A stretch of 64,000 nucleotides of DNA from Anaerovoracaceae bacterium (GCA_041752735.1 JBGSVW010000006.1:30399-94398); one strand, 5' to 3'. Shown: positions 47,457-56,212, counted from the first letter of the stretch. Numbers and translations are program-made. The notes: generated by a model not told the origin, from the sequence alone.

Positions 47457-48293
47457 TTAGTAAAGTCTTTTTAGCTCTTCTTCTGTGACACCGCCGAAGG
47501 TGTGTTTCGCTTCAGGGAAAGCTCCTGTCTTGACTTCTTCTTTATAAGTTTCCAACGCTTTGACGATTTCCGGTGCCAGATTCATATATTGTTTGACAAA
47601 CTTGGGGAGGAACTTCTCGAAGAGTCCTACCATGTCATGGAAAACAAGGACCTGTCCGTCGGTATACCGTCCACCGCCGATGCCGATGGTGGGTATAGTG
47701 AGTTTTTCGGTGATCAGTTTGCCCAATTCTTCCGGAACGCATTCCAGCACGATGGCGAAGGCGCCTGCTTCCTGAAGAGCCAGTGCATCATCCAACACGT
47801 CTTTGGCTGCATCTCCTTTTCCTTGAATCTTGAAGCCCCCCAGCTTAGATACGGTTTGGGGCGTCAGTCCGATGTGTCCCATGACGGGCACACCCGCATC
47901 TACGATGGCCTTGACGGTGTTCGCAATGATTTTGCCGCCTTCCAGTTTAATAACATCACAACGTCCTTCTTTCATGAGTCGGGTGGCGTTTTCGATGGCC
48001 TGTTCTTTGGATATATTATAGGAGCCAAATGGCATATCACCGACAATCATAGGACTTGGCGCACCCAGAACCACCGGTTTTATGTGGTGGATCATTTGTT
48101 CCATGGTGCATGCAACGGTTGAATCGTCGCCCAGAACCGTCATCATCAGAGAGTCTCCAACCAAAATGATTTCGATGCCTGATTGTTCCACCATGCAGGC
48201 GGTGGGAAAATCATAGGCGGTGGTCATACTGATCTTCTCGCCCTTGTCCTTCATTTCCTGTAATTTAAGGGTGGTTATCTTTGCCATAGTCAA
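47457..48293 (-). CDS. panB: 3-methyl-2-oxobutanoate hydroxymethyltransferase
   Basis: Matches are MTTAYDFPTA, VGDSLMMTVLG and KLEGG. Confidence 0.92.
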   Translation of the reverse strand: MTMAKITTLKLQEMKDKGEKISMTTAYDFPTACMVEQSGIEIILVGDSLMMTVLGDDSTVACTMEQMIHHIKPVVLGAPSPMIVGDMPFGSYNISKEQAIENATRLMKEGRCDVIKLEGGKIIANTVKAIVDAGVPVMGHIGLTPQTVSKLGGFKIQGKGDAAKDVLDDALALQEAGAFAIVLECVPEELGKLITEKLTIPTIGIGGGRYTDGQVLVFHDMVGLFEKFLPKFVKQYMNLAPEIVKALETYKEEVKTGAFPEAKHTFGGVTEEELKRLY

Positions 48294-48411
48294 GTCTCCT
48301 TACACTGTTGTTTTGTTTATATTGTACATACATTTACAAATCTTTTTTACAATTATTTTATTATATATCTTTTTTTTCTCGCTGTCATGTGTATAATATA
48401 CTTATTGTCCG

Positions 48412-48488
48412 CGGGACGTAGCGCAGCTTGGTAGCGCGATTGCTTCGGGAGTAATAGGCCGCAGGTTCAAATCCTGTCGTCCCGACCA
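48412..48488 (+). tRNA. tRNA-Pro (anticodon CGG), CCA encoded
   Basis: The hand-folded cloverleaf has acceptor CGGGACG/CGTCCCG, D arm GCGC/GCGC and anticodon stem ATTGC/GTAAT with loop TTCGGGA. It also has T arm GCAGG-TTCAAAT-CCTGT and a 3' ACCA. Confidence 0.9.
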
Positions 48489-48744
48489 AATCAAACACCA
48501 TCTATTGATAAACTTTGTTTGTCGGATAGGCGGTTTTTGTTTTGCCCGAAAGTGCCGTATTTGAGCCACTTTTGGGCTTTGTACTTTTTAGCTTGTAGCA
48601 ATAGTTGGTGGTTTAAAGTAGGCTGTTTCGGAGGATACTTGACCTGAACCATTGCGGTTTTCCTCTATGAAGGCTTTCAAATCGTTAAAATTGAACCCCC
48701 CTTTTAGGGTTAGGGGTGTGCATAATTTAACGATTTCATTTTGA

Positions 48745-48775
48745 CAAAAAAACAGCCCACCCGAAGGCGAGCCGT
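48745..48775 (-). terminator. orphan copy (A) of the recombinase-gene terminator
   Basis: On the minus strand, GCTCGCC-TTCG-GGTGGGC is followed by a T-run. It is nearly identical to 51906-51937. Confidence 0.7.
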
Positions 48776-48787
48776 TGAGTTGCAATT

Positions 48788-48841
48788 TTACGCTGTAATT
48801 TCTGTGCTGTCCCGCCCTGCCGCGGCGGTGTCGATGAGCAG
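48788..48841 (-). pseudogene. 3'-terminal remnant of a large serine recombinase gene
   Basis: The minus-strand frame reads LLIDTAAAGRDSTEITA*. The intact recombinase at 51950 ends LAVVDTATVGRDGTMTFRFRNGTEITT*. A stop codon precedes the remnant. Confidence 0.6.
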
Positions 48842-48945
48842 CAATCATAGCTTGCATAGAGGATACAAGCAAAATGCAGACGGTCAGGGGAATTATTGGA
48901 GACGGCAGCCAACCGCTGACAGATTTTGATGATGCTTGGATTGGA

Positions 48946-48996
48946 GTCGCAGGCAAAGGTGTGATAAACATTGTTGTCTGGGGCTTTTTCTTTTTC
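48946..48996 (+). repeat. copy B of a ~46-nt terminator-like module
   Basis: CGCAGGCAAAGGTGTGATAAACATTGTTGTCTGGGGCTTTTTCTT differs from 51811-51856 at 4 positions plus 1 indel. Confidence 0.7.
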
Positions 48997-49000
48997 TATC

Positions 49001-49030
49001 TTGACAGGTAATAGTATGACGTAGTATTAT
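49001..49030 (+). promoter_or_regulatory. promoter of the island PadR-MFS-uppP-CGGC module
   Basis: TTGACA (49001-49006) is followed by an 18-nt spacer and TATTAT (49025-49030). Confidence 0.55.
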
Positions 49031-49035
49031 ATATG

Positions 49036-49076
49036 TAACGAAAATCGATAACGAAAATCGATTACGATAATCGTAA
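49036..49076 (+). promoter_or_regulatory. tandem-repeat / palindromic operator candidate
   Basis: A perfect 13-nt tandem TAACGAAAATCGA x2 (49036-49061) is followed by the palindrome TACGAT-A-ATCGTA. It lies between the -10 and the PadR start. Confidence 0.5.
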
Positions 49077-49088
49077 AGTGGTGATTGA

Positions 49089-49397
49089 ATGAATAAATAT
49101 GTTACGAAGCGATTGTTTCAAGGTTTTATATGTTTGCATATTCTTCATCATGCGAGTATTGAACCTGTATATGGAAATTGGTTAATAGAAGAATTGGCTG
49201 AACATGGGTATAAGCTAAGTCCCGGAACATTATACCCAATACTGCACAGCCTTGAGAAAGAGACTTTGCTTAAAAGCTTTGAAGAAACAGTTGGAGGGAA
49301 AATCAGAAAAAACTATGAAATAACAAATGAAGGAAGATCGGAATTGGAAGAGGCAAAAGCTTATTTATCAGAACTTGTTAAAGAAATCAAACTGTGA
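49089..49397 (+). CDS. PadR family transcriptional regulator
   Basis: Matches are YGNWLIEELAEHGYKLSPGTLYPILHSLEKETLLKS...KIRKNYEITNEGR. Confidence 0.88.
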   Translation: MNKYVTKRLFQGFICLHILHHASIEPVYGNWLIEELAEHGYKLSPGTLYPILHSLEKETLLKSFEETVGGKIRKNYEITNEGRSELEEAKAYLSELVKEIKL

Positions 49398-49398
49398 G

Positions 49399-50619
49399 GT
49401 GGCAAAATTGGAAAATAAGACATCAAAAATTAATAAAGCTAAGGCTTTTTTTGGAATTAACACAAGCATGATTTCAATGCTTTTGATGGCAATTGTTTTG
49501 GGCTTGGGTGAAAAAATGGGAGAAAGATTTCTTCCTGTATATATTCTCGCAATTGGAGGAACAACATTCGCAGTAGGATTTTTGAATTCAATGGATAATT
49601 TTTTAAGTGCAATATACTCCTACATTGGTGGATACATATCTGACTGGTTAGGGTATAAAAAAGCATTATTCGTCTATACATGTATTGCTATGTTTGGATA
49701 TGCCATAATTATTGCATTCCCAGTATGGCAGGCAGTATTAATTGGGGCTATATTTTTTATTTCATGGACTGCACTTTCGCTTCCTGCTATATTGGCATTG
49801 ATATCAGCCACTGTGAAGAAAGAAAAACAGATTATGGGCGTCTCTCTTCATTCTTTGACGAGAAGGATTCCAATGGCACTGGGACCCGTAATAGGAAGTA
49901 TTTTTATTGCTTTATACGGTATAAAAACCGGAGCAAGAATATCATTTGCAATAGCTTTTTTGCTTGGAATATTTGCATTGTGGTTTATAAATAAGTTCAT
50001 TGAAGAAAAAAGTAAAGAAAAGTGTAAACCTCCAAAATTTAAAGACTCATTTGTTAAAATGTCAAAAGAACTGAGAATATTACTTGTAAGTGATATTCTC
50101 ATAAGGTTTGCCGAGCAGATACCATATGCTTTTGTAGTTGTATGGGTTATGCAGAATATTGGTGCGTCTGCGACAACTTTCAGCATGTTGACTGTAGTTG
50201 AAATGATAACAGCGATGTTGATATATATTCCGGTGGCATATTTATCTGAAAAGACCTCAAGCAAATTATGCATATCTATAACCTTTGTTTTCTTCACATT
50301 ATTTCCACTGGTTTTGTTATTTTCAACAACTATTCCTGCACTAATTTTTGCTTTTGTAATTAGAGGACTGAAAGAATTTGGAGAACCAACAAGAAAAGCT
50401 CTCATAGTAAAGTTAGCTCCGGAAGGAAACAAAGCTTCAGTGTTTGGTACTTATTACCTCGTAAGGGATGTTATTGTTTCAATTGCTGCATTATCAAGTG
50501 CATCCTTATGGAACATATCACCGGAAACAAACTTTCTAACGGCAGCATTATTTGGAGTAATTGGAACAACTGTATTTATACTGTTTGGAAAGGACAAGAA
50601 CTTGACTGATAATAAATAG
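49399..50619 (+). CDS. MFS transporter
   Basis: It has 12 predicted hydrophobic helices. The start is uncertain: the GTG at 49399 lies 1 nt after the PadR stop, and the alternative is the ATG at 49468. Confidence 0.75.
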   Translation: MAKLENKTSKINKAKAFFGINTSMISMLLMAIVLGLGEKMGERFLPVYILAIGGTTFAVGFLNSMDNFLSAIYSYIGGYISDWLGYKKALFVYTCIAMFGYAIIIAFPVWQAVLIGAIFFISWTALSLPAILALISATVKKEKQIMGVSLHSLTRRIPMALGPVIGSIFIALYGIKTGARISFAIAFLLGIFALWFINKFIEEKSKEKCKPPKFKDSFVKMSKELRILLVSDILIRFAEQIPYAFVVVWVMQNIGASATTFSMLTVVEMITAMLIYIPVAYLSEKTSSKLCISITFVFFTLFPLVLLFSTTIPALIFAFVIRGLKEFGEPTRKALIVKLAPEGNKASVFGTYYLVRDVIVSIAALSSASLWNISPETNFLTAALFGVIGTTVFILFGKDKNLTDNK

Positions 50620-50640
50620 ATTGGTAGGAGTGATAACGTT

Positions 50641-51447
50641 TTGGATTTTATAAAAGCTATAATATTAGGTATCATAGAAGGGTTAACTGAGTTTTTACCG
50701 ATTTCTTCAACTGGACATCTTATTATTGCAGGTGACATTTTAAATTTCAAAGGAGATTTTGCGGTCTTGTTTGAAGTTGTAATCCAACTGGGTGCAATTT
50801 TAGCGGTCATTTATTTTTACAGAAGTAAGATTTTTAGCTCAATTAAAGAATTAAAGCCGGGTCAAAGTGGATTTGAGTTATGGTCAAAAGTGATAATTGC
50901 ATTTTTGCCGTCAGCAATTCTGGGATTACTGCTAAAAGATTTTATTGAGGGAAAGCTCTTTACAACAACTACTGTGGGAGTTGCTTTATTGCTTGGAGCT
51001 CTTTTAATACTCATTGTCGAAAAATGGCGTTCTATATCATCAACGGTAAAAATTCAAAGGATAGAAGATGTCACATATAGGTATGCATTAATAATTGGTA
51101 TTGCACAGTGTATGGCATTGTTTCCGGGAATGTCTCGATCTGCTTCAACGATTATTGGGGGTATAATCATAGGAATGACATTAAAGAGTGCTGCCGAATT
51201 CTCGTTTTTTCTTGCCATTCCTACAATGCTATCGGCAACTACACTTTCATTGTGGAATGGCGCATCTGACTTAACTATGCTAAATTGGATTGTATTAGCT
51301 GTTGGATTTTTTGTATCATTCATTACGGCATTGTTAGTAATTGATAAATTTTTAGTTTTTTTAACGAAGCATTCACTAAAGCCTTTTGCATACTATCGGT
51401 TTTTTTTAGGATTTGTGATATTATTATATTTTATATTGAAAGGGTGA
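50641..51447 (+). CDS. uppP: undecaprenyl-diphosphate phosphatase (bacitracin resistance type)
   Basis: Matches are GIIEGLTEFLPISSTGHL and PGMSRSASTIIGG. It has a TTG start. Confidence 0.9.
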   Translation: MDFIKAIILGIIEGLTEFLPISSTGHLIIAGDILNFKGDFAVLFEVVIQLGAILAVIYFYRSKIFSSIKELKPGQSGFELWSKVIIAFLPSAILGLLLKDFIEGKLFTTTTVGVALLLGALLILIVEKWRSISSTVKIQRIEDVTYRYALIIGIAQCMALFPGMSRSASTIIGGIIIGMTLKSAAEFSFFLAIPTMLSATTLSLWNGASDLTMLNWIVLAVGFFVSFITALLVIDKFLVFLTKHSLKPFAYYRFFLGFVILLYFILKG

Positions 51448-51452
51448 ATTAA

Positions 51453-51785
51453 ATGAAGGTTGGATTGATTAGGTGCATGCAGACAGAGGATATGTGTCCT
51501 GCGACAACAGATTTCAAAGTAATGAGAGAAAAGAAATGTGCATTTGAAGGTGTGGAAGGGGAAATTGATATTATTGGCCTTAACACTTGCGGCGGTTGTC
51601 CCGGTAAAAAAGCAGTAACAAGAGCAGCTGAAATGGTTAAAAGAGGTGCTGACACAATAGTCTTGGCATCGTGCATTACAAGAGGAAATCCGATTGGTTT
51701 TAAATGTCCTCATGCAGAACAGATGAAAGAAGCAATAGCAAAGAAATTAGGTGATTCAATTACTATTTTGGATTACACACATTAA
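51453..51785 (+). CDS. CGGC domain-containing protein
   Basis: Matches are GLIRCMQTEDMCPATTDF ... NTCGGCPGKKAV ... LASCI. Confidence 0.75.
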   Translation: MKVGLIRCMQTEDMCPATTDFKVMREKKCAFEGVEGEIDIIGLNTCGGCPGKKAVTRAAEMVKRGADTIVLASCITRGNPIGFKCPHAEQMKEAIAKKLGDSITILDYTH

Positions 51786-51807
51786 TAAGGGACTGAAGAA
51801 AGACTTA

Positions 51808-51856
51808 TGCCGCAGGCAATGGTGTGATGAACATTGCTGTCTGAGGCTTTTTTCTT
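51808..51856 (+). terminator. copy B' of the terminator-like module; terminator of the CGGC gene
   Basis: GCCGCAGGCAATG...CATTGCTGTCTGAGGC is a long imperfect hairpin followed by T6. Confidence 0.7.
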
Positions 51857-51905
51857 AAAGGGATAGAATCTGTTCACACCATTGCATGTGTCATTGAATC
51901 ATGAT

Positions 51906-51937
51906 ACAAAAAACAGCCCACCCGAAGGCGAGCAGTT
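51906..51937 (-). terminator. terminator (A') of the serine recombinase operon
   Basis: On the minus strand, GCTCGCC-TTCG-GGTGGGC is followed by T6, directly after the stop at 51950. Confidence 0.8.
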
Positions 51938-51949
51938 AATTCTCAAATG

Positions 51950-53545
51950 CTATGTTGTAATTTCCGTGCCGTTCCTGAACCTGAATGTCATTGTGCCATC
52001 CCTGCCCACCGTGGCTGTATCGACGACCGCAAGCCACAGCTTATCGTCAAACTCGGTGATGACAAGCGGGCGGCTCTCTATGTCCTTTATGAAGCCCTCT
52101 ATGATTTTCGACTTGCCGAGCCGTTCCCGCTTGGTGGCTTCCAACTCGTCCACACGCCCCGAGGCTTTACGGTGGCGGTCAAGGTAGGCGCTGTTTCGCT
52201 CCGCCCATTCTGTTTGGTTGACTACATTATGGGCGTTCTCAAAGATGGTCTTTCGGGATAACTCGGTGACAACCTCAATCTCGTTACACAATTCAGTAAG
52301 TTGGGCATCAATCGCCGTGGTGTCGCAGAGGACACCTTGTGCCAATTTGCAGTCTTCGATTAACCCATCTCGATTGCTCATCAAGCGGTTGAAAGCGTGT
52401 AAGAACCTCGCCTTAATTTCCTCCTCGGTGATGTGGGGCGTTTGGCAGCCGTTGCCGGGCTTATCAAGTCTTTTATACTTATCATTACACCGCCAGACCT
52501 CTTTGCGGTAGGTCTTATCGCTCTTGTAACTGCCCCAGACCTTCTTGCCGAAATGCCCGCCGCAGTCGGCGCAGACAAGCCTTGATGCGAATATGCTTGT
52601 GGTACTTATGGGGTGACCGAGGCTTTTTCGACGTTCAATCTCAAGCTGAACGGCGTCAAACTCGTCAGGCTCGATGATGGCTGGGTGGCTGTCCTCAACA
52701 TAGTATTGCTGCACTTGCCCCGTGTTCTTGACCATCTTTTTGGTGAGGAAGTCGGTGCAGTAGGTCTTTTGCATTAGGGCATGACCTTTATACTTCTCAT
52801 TGGTCAGTATGGACTGTACCACGCCCGTCTGCCATGTTTTCTTGCCCGCAGGTGATGGAATGCCGTGACGCTCAAGGTATGTGGCAATTGCCGAGAATGT
52901 CTTGCCCTCCATATACAGCCGAAATATCAGCCGTACAATCTCGGCTTCAGCGGGGACTACTTTCGGTAAGCCGTCTTCGCCCTTTTCGTAGCCGAGAAAC
53001 TGTGCGTAAGGCAGGCTGACCTTACCGTCAGCCATACGCTTGCGCTGACCCCAAGTCACGTTCTCCGAAATGGAGCGGCTTTCTTCCTGTGCCAAGGAGG
53101 ACATAATCGTTATGAGCAATTCGCCCTTGCTGTCGAGGGTGTATATGTTTTCTTTTTCGAACCACACCTCGCAGCCGACTTCTTTCAGTTTGCGGACGGT
53201 GGTAAGGCTGTCCACGGTGTTTCGGGCAAAACGACTCACGGACTTTGTAACGAGAAGGTCGAATTTGCCCGCCAATCCATCGGCGACCATCTGCTTGAAA
53301 CCTTCTCGTCGTTTGGTGTTGACCGCCGAAATGCCCTCGTCCGTGTATATGGTGACGAATTCCCAATCAGCCCGCCCCTGAATTAGCTTGGTATAGTAGT
53401 CCACTTGGGCTTCATAACTGGTAAGCTGTTCATCACTGTCCGTGCTGACCCTTGCGTAGGCTGCGACACGACGTTTGAATTCGGAACTTTTGCCCTGTGC
53501 CGAAAGAACGGGAGCGGTGGCGGGGATTACTCTTATGTTAGCCAT
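51950..53545 (-). CDS. large serine recombinase
   Basis: It has a resolvase catalytic domain (VAAYARVSTDSDEQLTSYEAQ, SRFARN). A recombinase domain, a Zn-ribbon (CADCGG...CND) and a coiled-coil C-terminus follow. Confidence 0.9.
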   Translation of the reverse strand: MANIRVIPATAPVLSAQGKSSEFKRRVAAYARVSTDSDEQLTSYEAQVDYYTKLIQGRADWEFVTIYTDEGISAVNTKRREGFKQMVADGLAGKFDLLVTKSVSRFARNTVDSLTTVRKLKEVGCEVWFEKENIYTLDSKGELLITIMSSLAQEESRSISENVTWGQRKRMADGKVSLPYAQFLGYEKGEDGLPKVVPAEAEIVRLIFRLYMEGKTFSAIATYLERHGIPSPAGKKTWQTGVVQSILTNEKYKGHALMQKTYCTDFLTKKMVKNTGQVQQYYVEDSHPAIIEPDEFDAVQLEIERRKSLGHPISTTSIFASRLVCADCGGHFGKKVWGSYKSDKTYRKEVWRCNDKYKRLDKPGNGCQTPHITEEEIKARFLHAFNRLMSNRDGLIEDCKLAQGVLCDTTAIDAQLTELCNEIEVVTELSRKTIFENAHNVVNQTEWAERNSAYLDRHRKASGRVDELEATKRERLGKSKIIEGFIKDIESRPLVITEFDDKLWLAVVDTATVGRDGTMTFRFRNGTEITT

Positions 53546-54854
53546 TTTTACCGCCTCCCTTCAAAGCAAACTCACGGGCGGCTTGCTTCATCTCATCCGT
53601 CCAACTTTCACGGCGTGAGCGGTTCTCCCAATTAAGTGTCCGCTCTGAGCCATCCTTGAATGTAAACACCAGAATGCCGTCGTCGGGGATTGTTATTGCG
53701 GCGACCTTTGCCGTAAACACAGCGGGGTCGTACTCGTAAATTCCCAAAGCCTCGGCGCACTTTTCTTTAAGGATGTCTTCGCGTATACGCTTGGCGGCGC
53801 ATTCGTGCTTGCCCTTATAAGTGAAAGTAGCGCAAGCCCATGTCACAGCAGCATATTTTGTGTTGATAGCGTTTATCTTCTTGCGAAATTTTGCTCCGCA
53901 CCGACCACAGGTGATAAGTCCTGAAAACTCGCTGAATGTCAGCTTGCGAGGGTGGTTTGCCTTTTCTGCCCGTCGTACCATTTCAGCCTGAACAGCCTCA
54001 AAGGTCTCACGGCCGATAATCGCTTCATGGTTGCCCTCAACATAATACTTTTCCAACTCGCCGTTGTTCGGCTTCCAGTTCTTTGTGATGTGGTCGGCAA
54101 TAAAGCCTTTTTGCAGGCACATATCGCCGATGTACTTTTCGTTTGTAAGGATTGAACCTACTGTGCTTTCAGCCCACTGGCCGCCACACTTGGTCGGAAC
54201 GCCGAGCCGTCTCAGCTTTTTCATAATGGCATTCCTGCCAAGCCCCGATAAATAGTCGGCGTATATCATCCGTACGACCTCTGCTTCTTCAGGTATGACA
54301 GTAAACTTACCTGCGTTGTACTCATAACCGTAAATACGGATGTTGCCTGCTGACTTTCCTTCCTTGAAGTCTTTTCGAATACGCCATTTGCAATTTTCTG
54401 AAACGCTGCGGCTTTCCTCCTGTGCATACGATGCGAGGATGGTGAGCATCAACTCTCCGTCACCTGAAAGTGAATGCAAGTTCTGCTCTTCGAAAAACAC
54501 GCCAACACCAAGGTCTTTGAGTTCTCGGACGGTTTCAAGCAGCGTGACCGTGTTCCTTGCAAAGCGGCTGATTGACTTCGTGAGGATAAGGTCGATGCGC
54601 CCCGTTCGGCAGTCGGAAAGCAGTCTCTGAAATTCGGGTCTTGAACCCTTTGTGCCGGTTTCAGCTTCGTCTGCATACACACCAACATACTCCCATTCGG
54701 GATTGCCCTGTATCAGGTTACTGTAAAAGCTGACCTGAGCGGCAAGGGAGTGGAGCATTTCATCTTTTCCGCAGGAAACGCGGGCGTATGCTGCTACCCT
54801 TTGGCGGGTCGGTAACGGTGTCGGTTTCTGTAGTTTAGTTATTTTTCTGCCCAT
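53538..54854 (-). CDS. large serine recombinase
   Basis: Matches are VAAYARVSCGKDEMLHSLAAQ, SRFARN and CGRCGAKF. The start is the Met after AAAGGAGG. It has an 8-nt overlap with the downstream recombinase. Confidence 0.88.
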   Translation of the reverse strand: MGRKITKLQKPTPLPTRQRVAAYARVSCGKDEMLHSLAAQVSFYSNLIQGNPEWEYVGVYADEAETGTKGSRPEFQRLLSDCRTGRIDLILTKSISRFARNTVTLLETVRELKDLGVGVFFEEQNLHSLSGDGELMLTILASYAQEESRSVSENCKWRIRKDFKEGKSAGNIRIYGYEYNAGKFTVIPEEAEVVRMIYADYLSGLGRNAIMKKLRRLGVPTKCGGQWAESTVGSILTNEKYIGDMCLQKGFIADHITKNWKPNNGELEKYYVEGNHEAIIGRETFEAVQAEMVRRAEKANHPRKLTFSEFSGLITCGRCGAKFRKKINAINTKYAAVTWACATFTYKGKHECAAKRIREDILKEKCAEALGIYEYDPAVFTAKVAAITIPDDGILVFTFKDGSERTLNWENRSRRESWTDEMKQAAREFALKGGGKNG

Positions 54855-55068
54855 AATGGCCTCCTTTCGCAGTACCATATATCACTCTGTTTTCCTTACA
54901 AAGCAAGTCATTTTCGAGGTATATGCTACACGATGATAAACCGTATTTATGGGCAAGCATTGTGTCTATTTCCAGCAGGTCGGCGTTTGAAATCACGCCT
55001 TCAGCAAGCCAATTTTTAAACACTGCCATAGCAGCTTTGTAGCGGAGGAGTGCTTCTTTCTTGCTCAT
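54835..55068 (-). CDS. small helical protein typical of serine-recombinase elements (function unknown)
   Basis: The sequence begins MSKKEALLRYKAAMAVFKNWLAEGVISNADLLEIDTML. The ATG overlaps the upstream stop (ATGA), and GAGGAGGG lies upstream. Confidence 0.6.
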   Translation of the reverse strand: MSKKEALLRYKAAMAVFKNWLAEGVISNADLLEIDTMLAHKYGLSSCSIYLENDLLCKENRVIYGTAKGGHYGQKNN

Positions 55069-55466
55069 AGCAAAGCCCTCCTCGCCGCCACGGAGCAAGC
55101 CCGCGAGCAGTATTTGCGGTGGGCGTTCCCGTAGGCTTCAAACGACCTGCTGCAAATCGGGCAGACAAAACGGTAGACCGCCTTGCGGTTCACGGCTTCG
55201 GGGTGTGCCTTCCACCAAGTCATGCGGCATCCATCGGAGCAGAAACGTTTGTGCTTCGCCCCCGGCGTGTGTATGAGCGGACATCCGCAGTTGGCGCAGA
55301 CATCCTTAGCGGTGTGCTGTTCCTGTTTTGTGCCAACACCGACATTGTTTCTGCGGCAGTAAGATTTGATAGTGTTTTCCGATATTCCAAGTGTGTCTGA
55401 AATTCTCGCATAGCTTTCGCCTTGCGAGCGCAGAAGAATTATTCGTTCCTTTTGTAATGTGGTCAT
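55065..55466 (-). CDS. sigma-70 region 4-like HTH protein with C-terminal double Zn-ribbon
   Basis: LQKERIILLRSQGESYARISDTLGISENTIKSYCRR is followed by CANCGC...CSDGC and CPICS...CSRAC. Confidence 0.7.
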   Translation of the reverse strand: MTTLQKERIILLRSQGESYARISDTLGISENTIKSYCRRNNVGVGTKQEQHTAKDVCANCGCPLIHTPGAKHKRFCSDGCRMTWWKAHPEAVNRKAVYRFVCPICSRSFEAYGNAHRKYCSRACSVAARRALL

Positions 55467-55682
55467 ATCTTTAGTGCTAATAGTAATGAAACAATTAAAG
55501 AGTTTACTACTAGAATTAAAATGGAAAGATCGGCAATTTATTTAGTTGTTAATCAATCAATTACTATTACAGATATTGCATTTAAGTATGGATATAGTGA
55601 TTCTAGTTCGTACAATAAAACGTTCAAAAAGTTTTTTGGAATTAATCCAACACAGTATAAAAAAGCAAGAAATGACAAGTAA
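55467..55682 (+). pseudogene. 5'-truncated AraC/XylS family regulator (only linker and second HTH remain)
   Basis: The frame reads ...NETIKEFTTRIKMERSAIYLVVNQSITITDIAFKYGYSDSSSYNKTFKKFFGINPTQYKKARNDK*. There is no first HTH and no start codon, and it begins exactly where the GC-rich block ends. Confidence 0.65.
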
Positions 55683-55726
55683 TAATTTCAAACTACAATT
55701 ATAATATTATTAAAGGAGATGAAATT

Positions 55727-56212
55727 ATGGAAAAGCCTACAATAACAAAAGAAGTTTTAAATATAAAAGTAATCTATATTAGATTTAGAGGAACTTATTT
55801 AGAATTCAGAAAAAACGCTTTAAAAATGCATAAAGAATTAGTTGCTTTTGCTGAAAAGAACAACTTAATAATTCCTGATGTTACAAAAATACTTACTATT
55901 TATCATGACAATCCATTTATAACCAAAGAAACTGATTTGAGAACAAGTATGGCAATGACAGTATCTTTAGATTCTAAATATGAAGAAGATGATAAAATAT
56001 GTACAATGAATATTTCTGGAAATTATGCAATCCTTCATTATAATCTATCTAGAAGAGAGTACGGTGACGCTTGGAATTACGCATATCAAGAATGGTTATT
56101 TAAAAGCAATGAAAAACCTAGAGATTCTTTCCCCTTTGAAATGTACATTACAGCGCCACCAAAAAACGCAAAAGATAAGAGTTTAACAGATATTTACATA
56201 CCAATAGAGTAG
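55727..56212 (+). CDS. GyrI-like small-molecule binding domain protein
   Basis: The ATG follows AAAGGAG. IKVIYIRFRGTY...YHDNP...FEMYI is the GyrI-like pattern, and this domain is normally fused or paired with AraC/MerR HTH. Confidence 0.7.
   Translation: MEKPTITKEVLNIKVIYIRFRGTYLEFRKNALKMHKELVAFAEKNNLIIPDVTKILTIYHDNPFITKETDLRTSMAMTVSLDSKYEEDDKICTMNISGNYAILHYNLSRREYGDAWNYAYQEWLFKSNEKPRDSFPFEMYITAPPKNAKDKSLTDIYIPIE

Larger units (their letters stand above)
51906..55466 (-). mobile_element. GC-rich serine-recombinase element core (sigma-like HTH, small helical protein, two large serine recombinases)
   Basis: Four overlapping or coupled minus-strand genes lie in a block. Its composition is visibly more GC-rich than the AT-rich DNA on both sides, and its right edge abuts a truncated AraC ORF. 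Confidence 0.6.

Noticed and set aside
48588-48971. A 127-aa minus-strand ORF lies next to tRNA-Pro.
   Set aside because: It reads across a terminator hairpin and, in the wrong frame, across a recombinase remnant. It has no SD and no recognisable domain. I treated it as noncoding junction DNA.
51882-55400. Numerous plus-strand ORFs of 60-110 aa lie opposite the recombinase genes. Similar antisense ORFs occur throughout the window.
   Set aside because: They are embedded antisense in long ORFs with clear family signatures, and they have no SD and no domain-like sequence.
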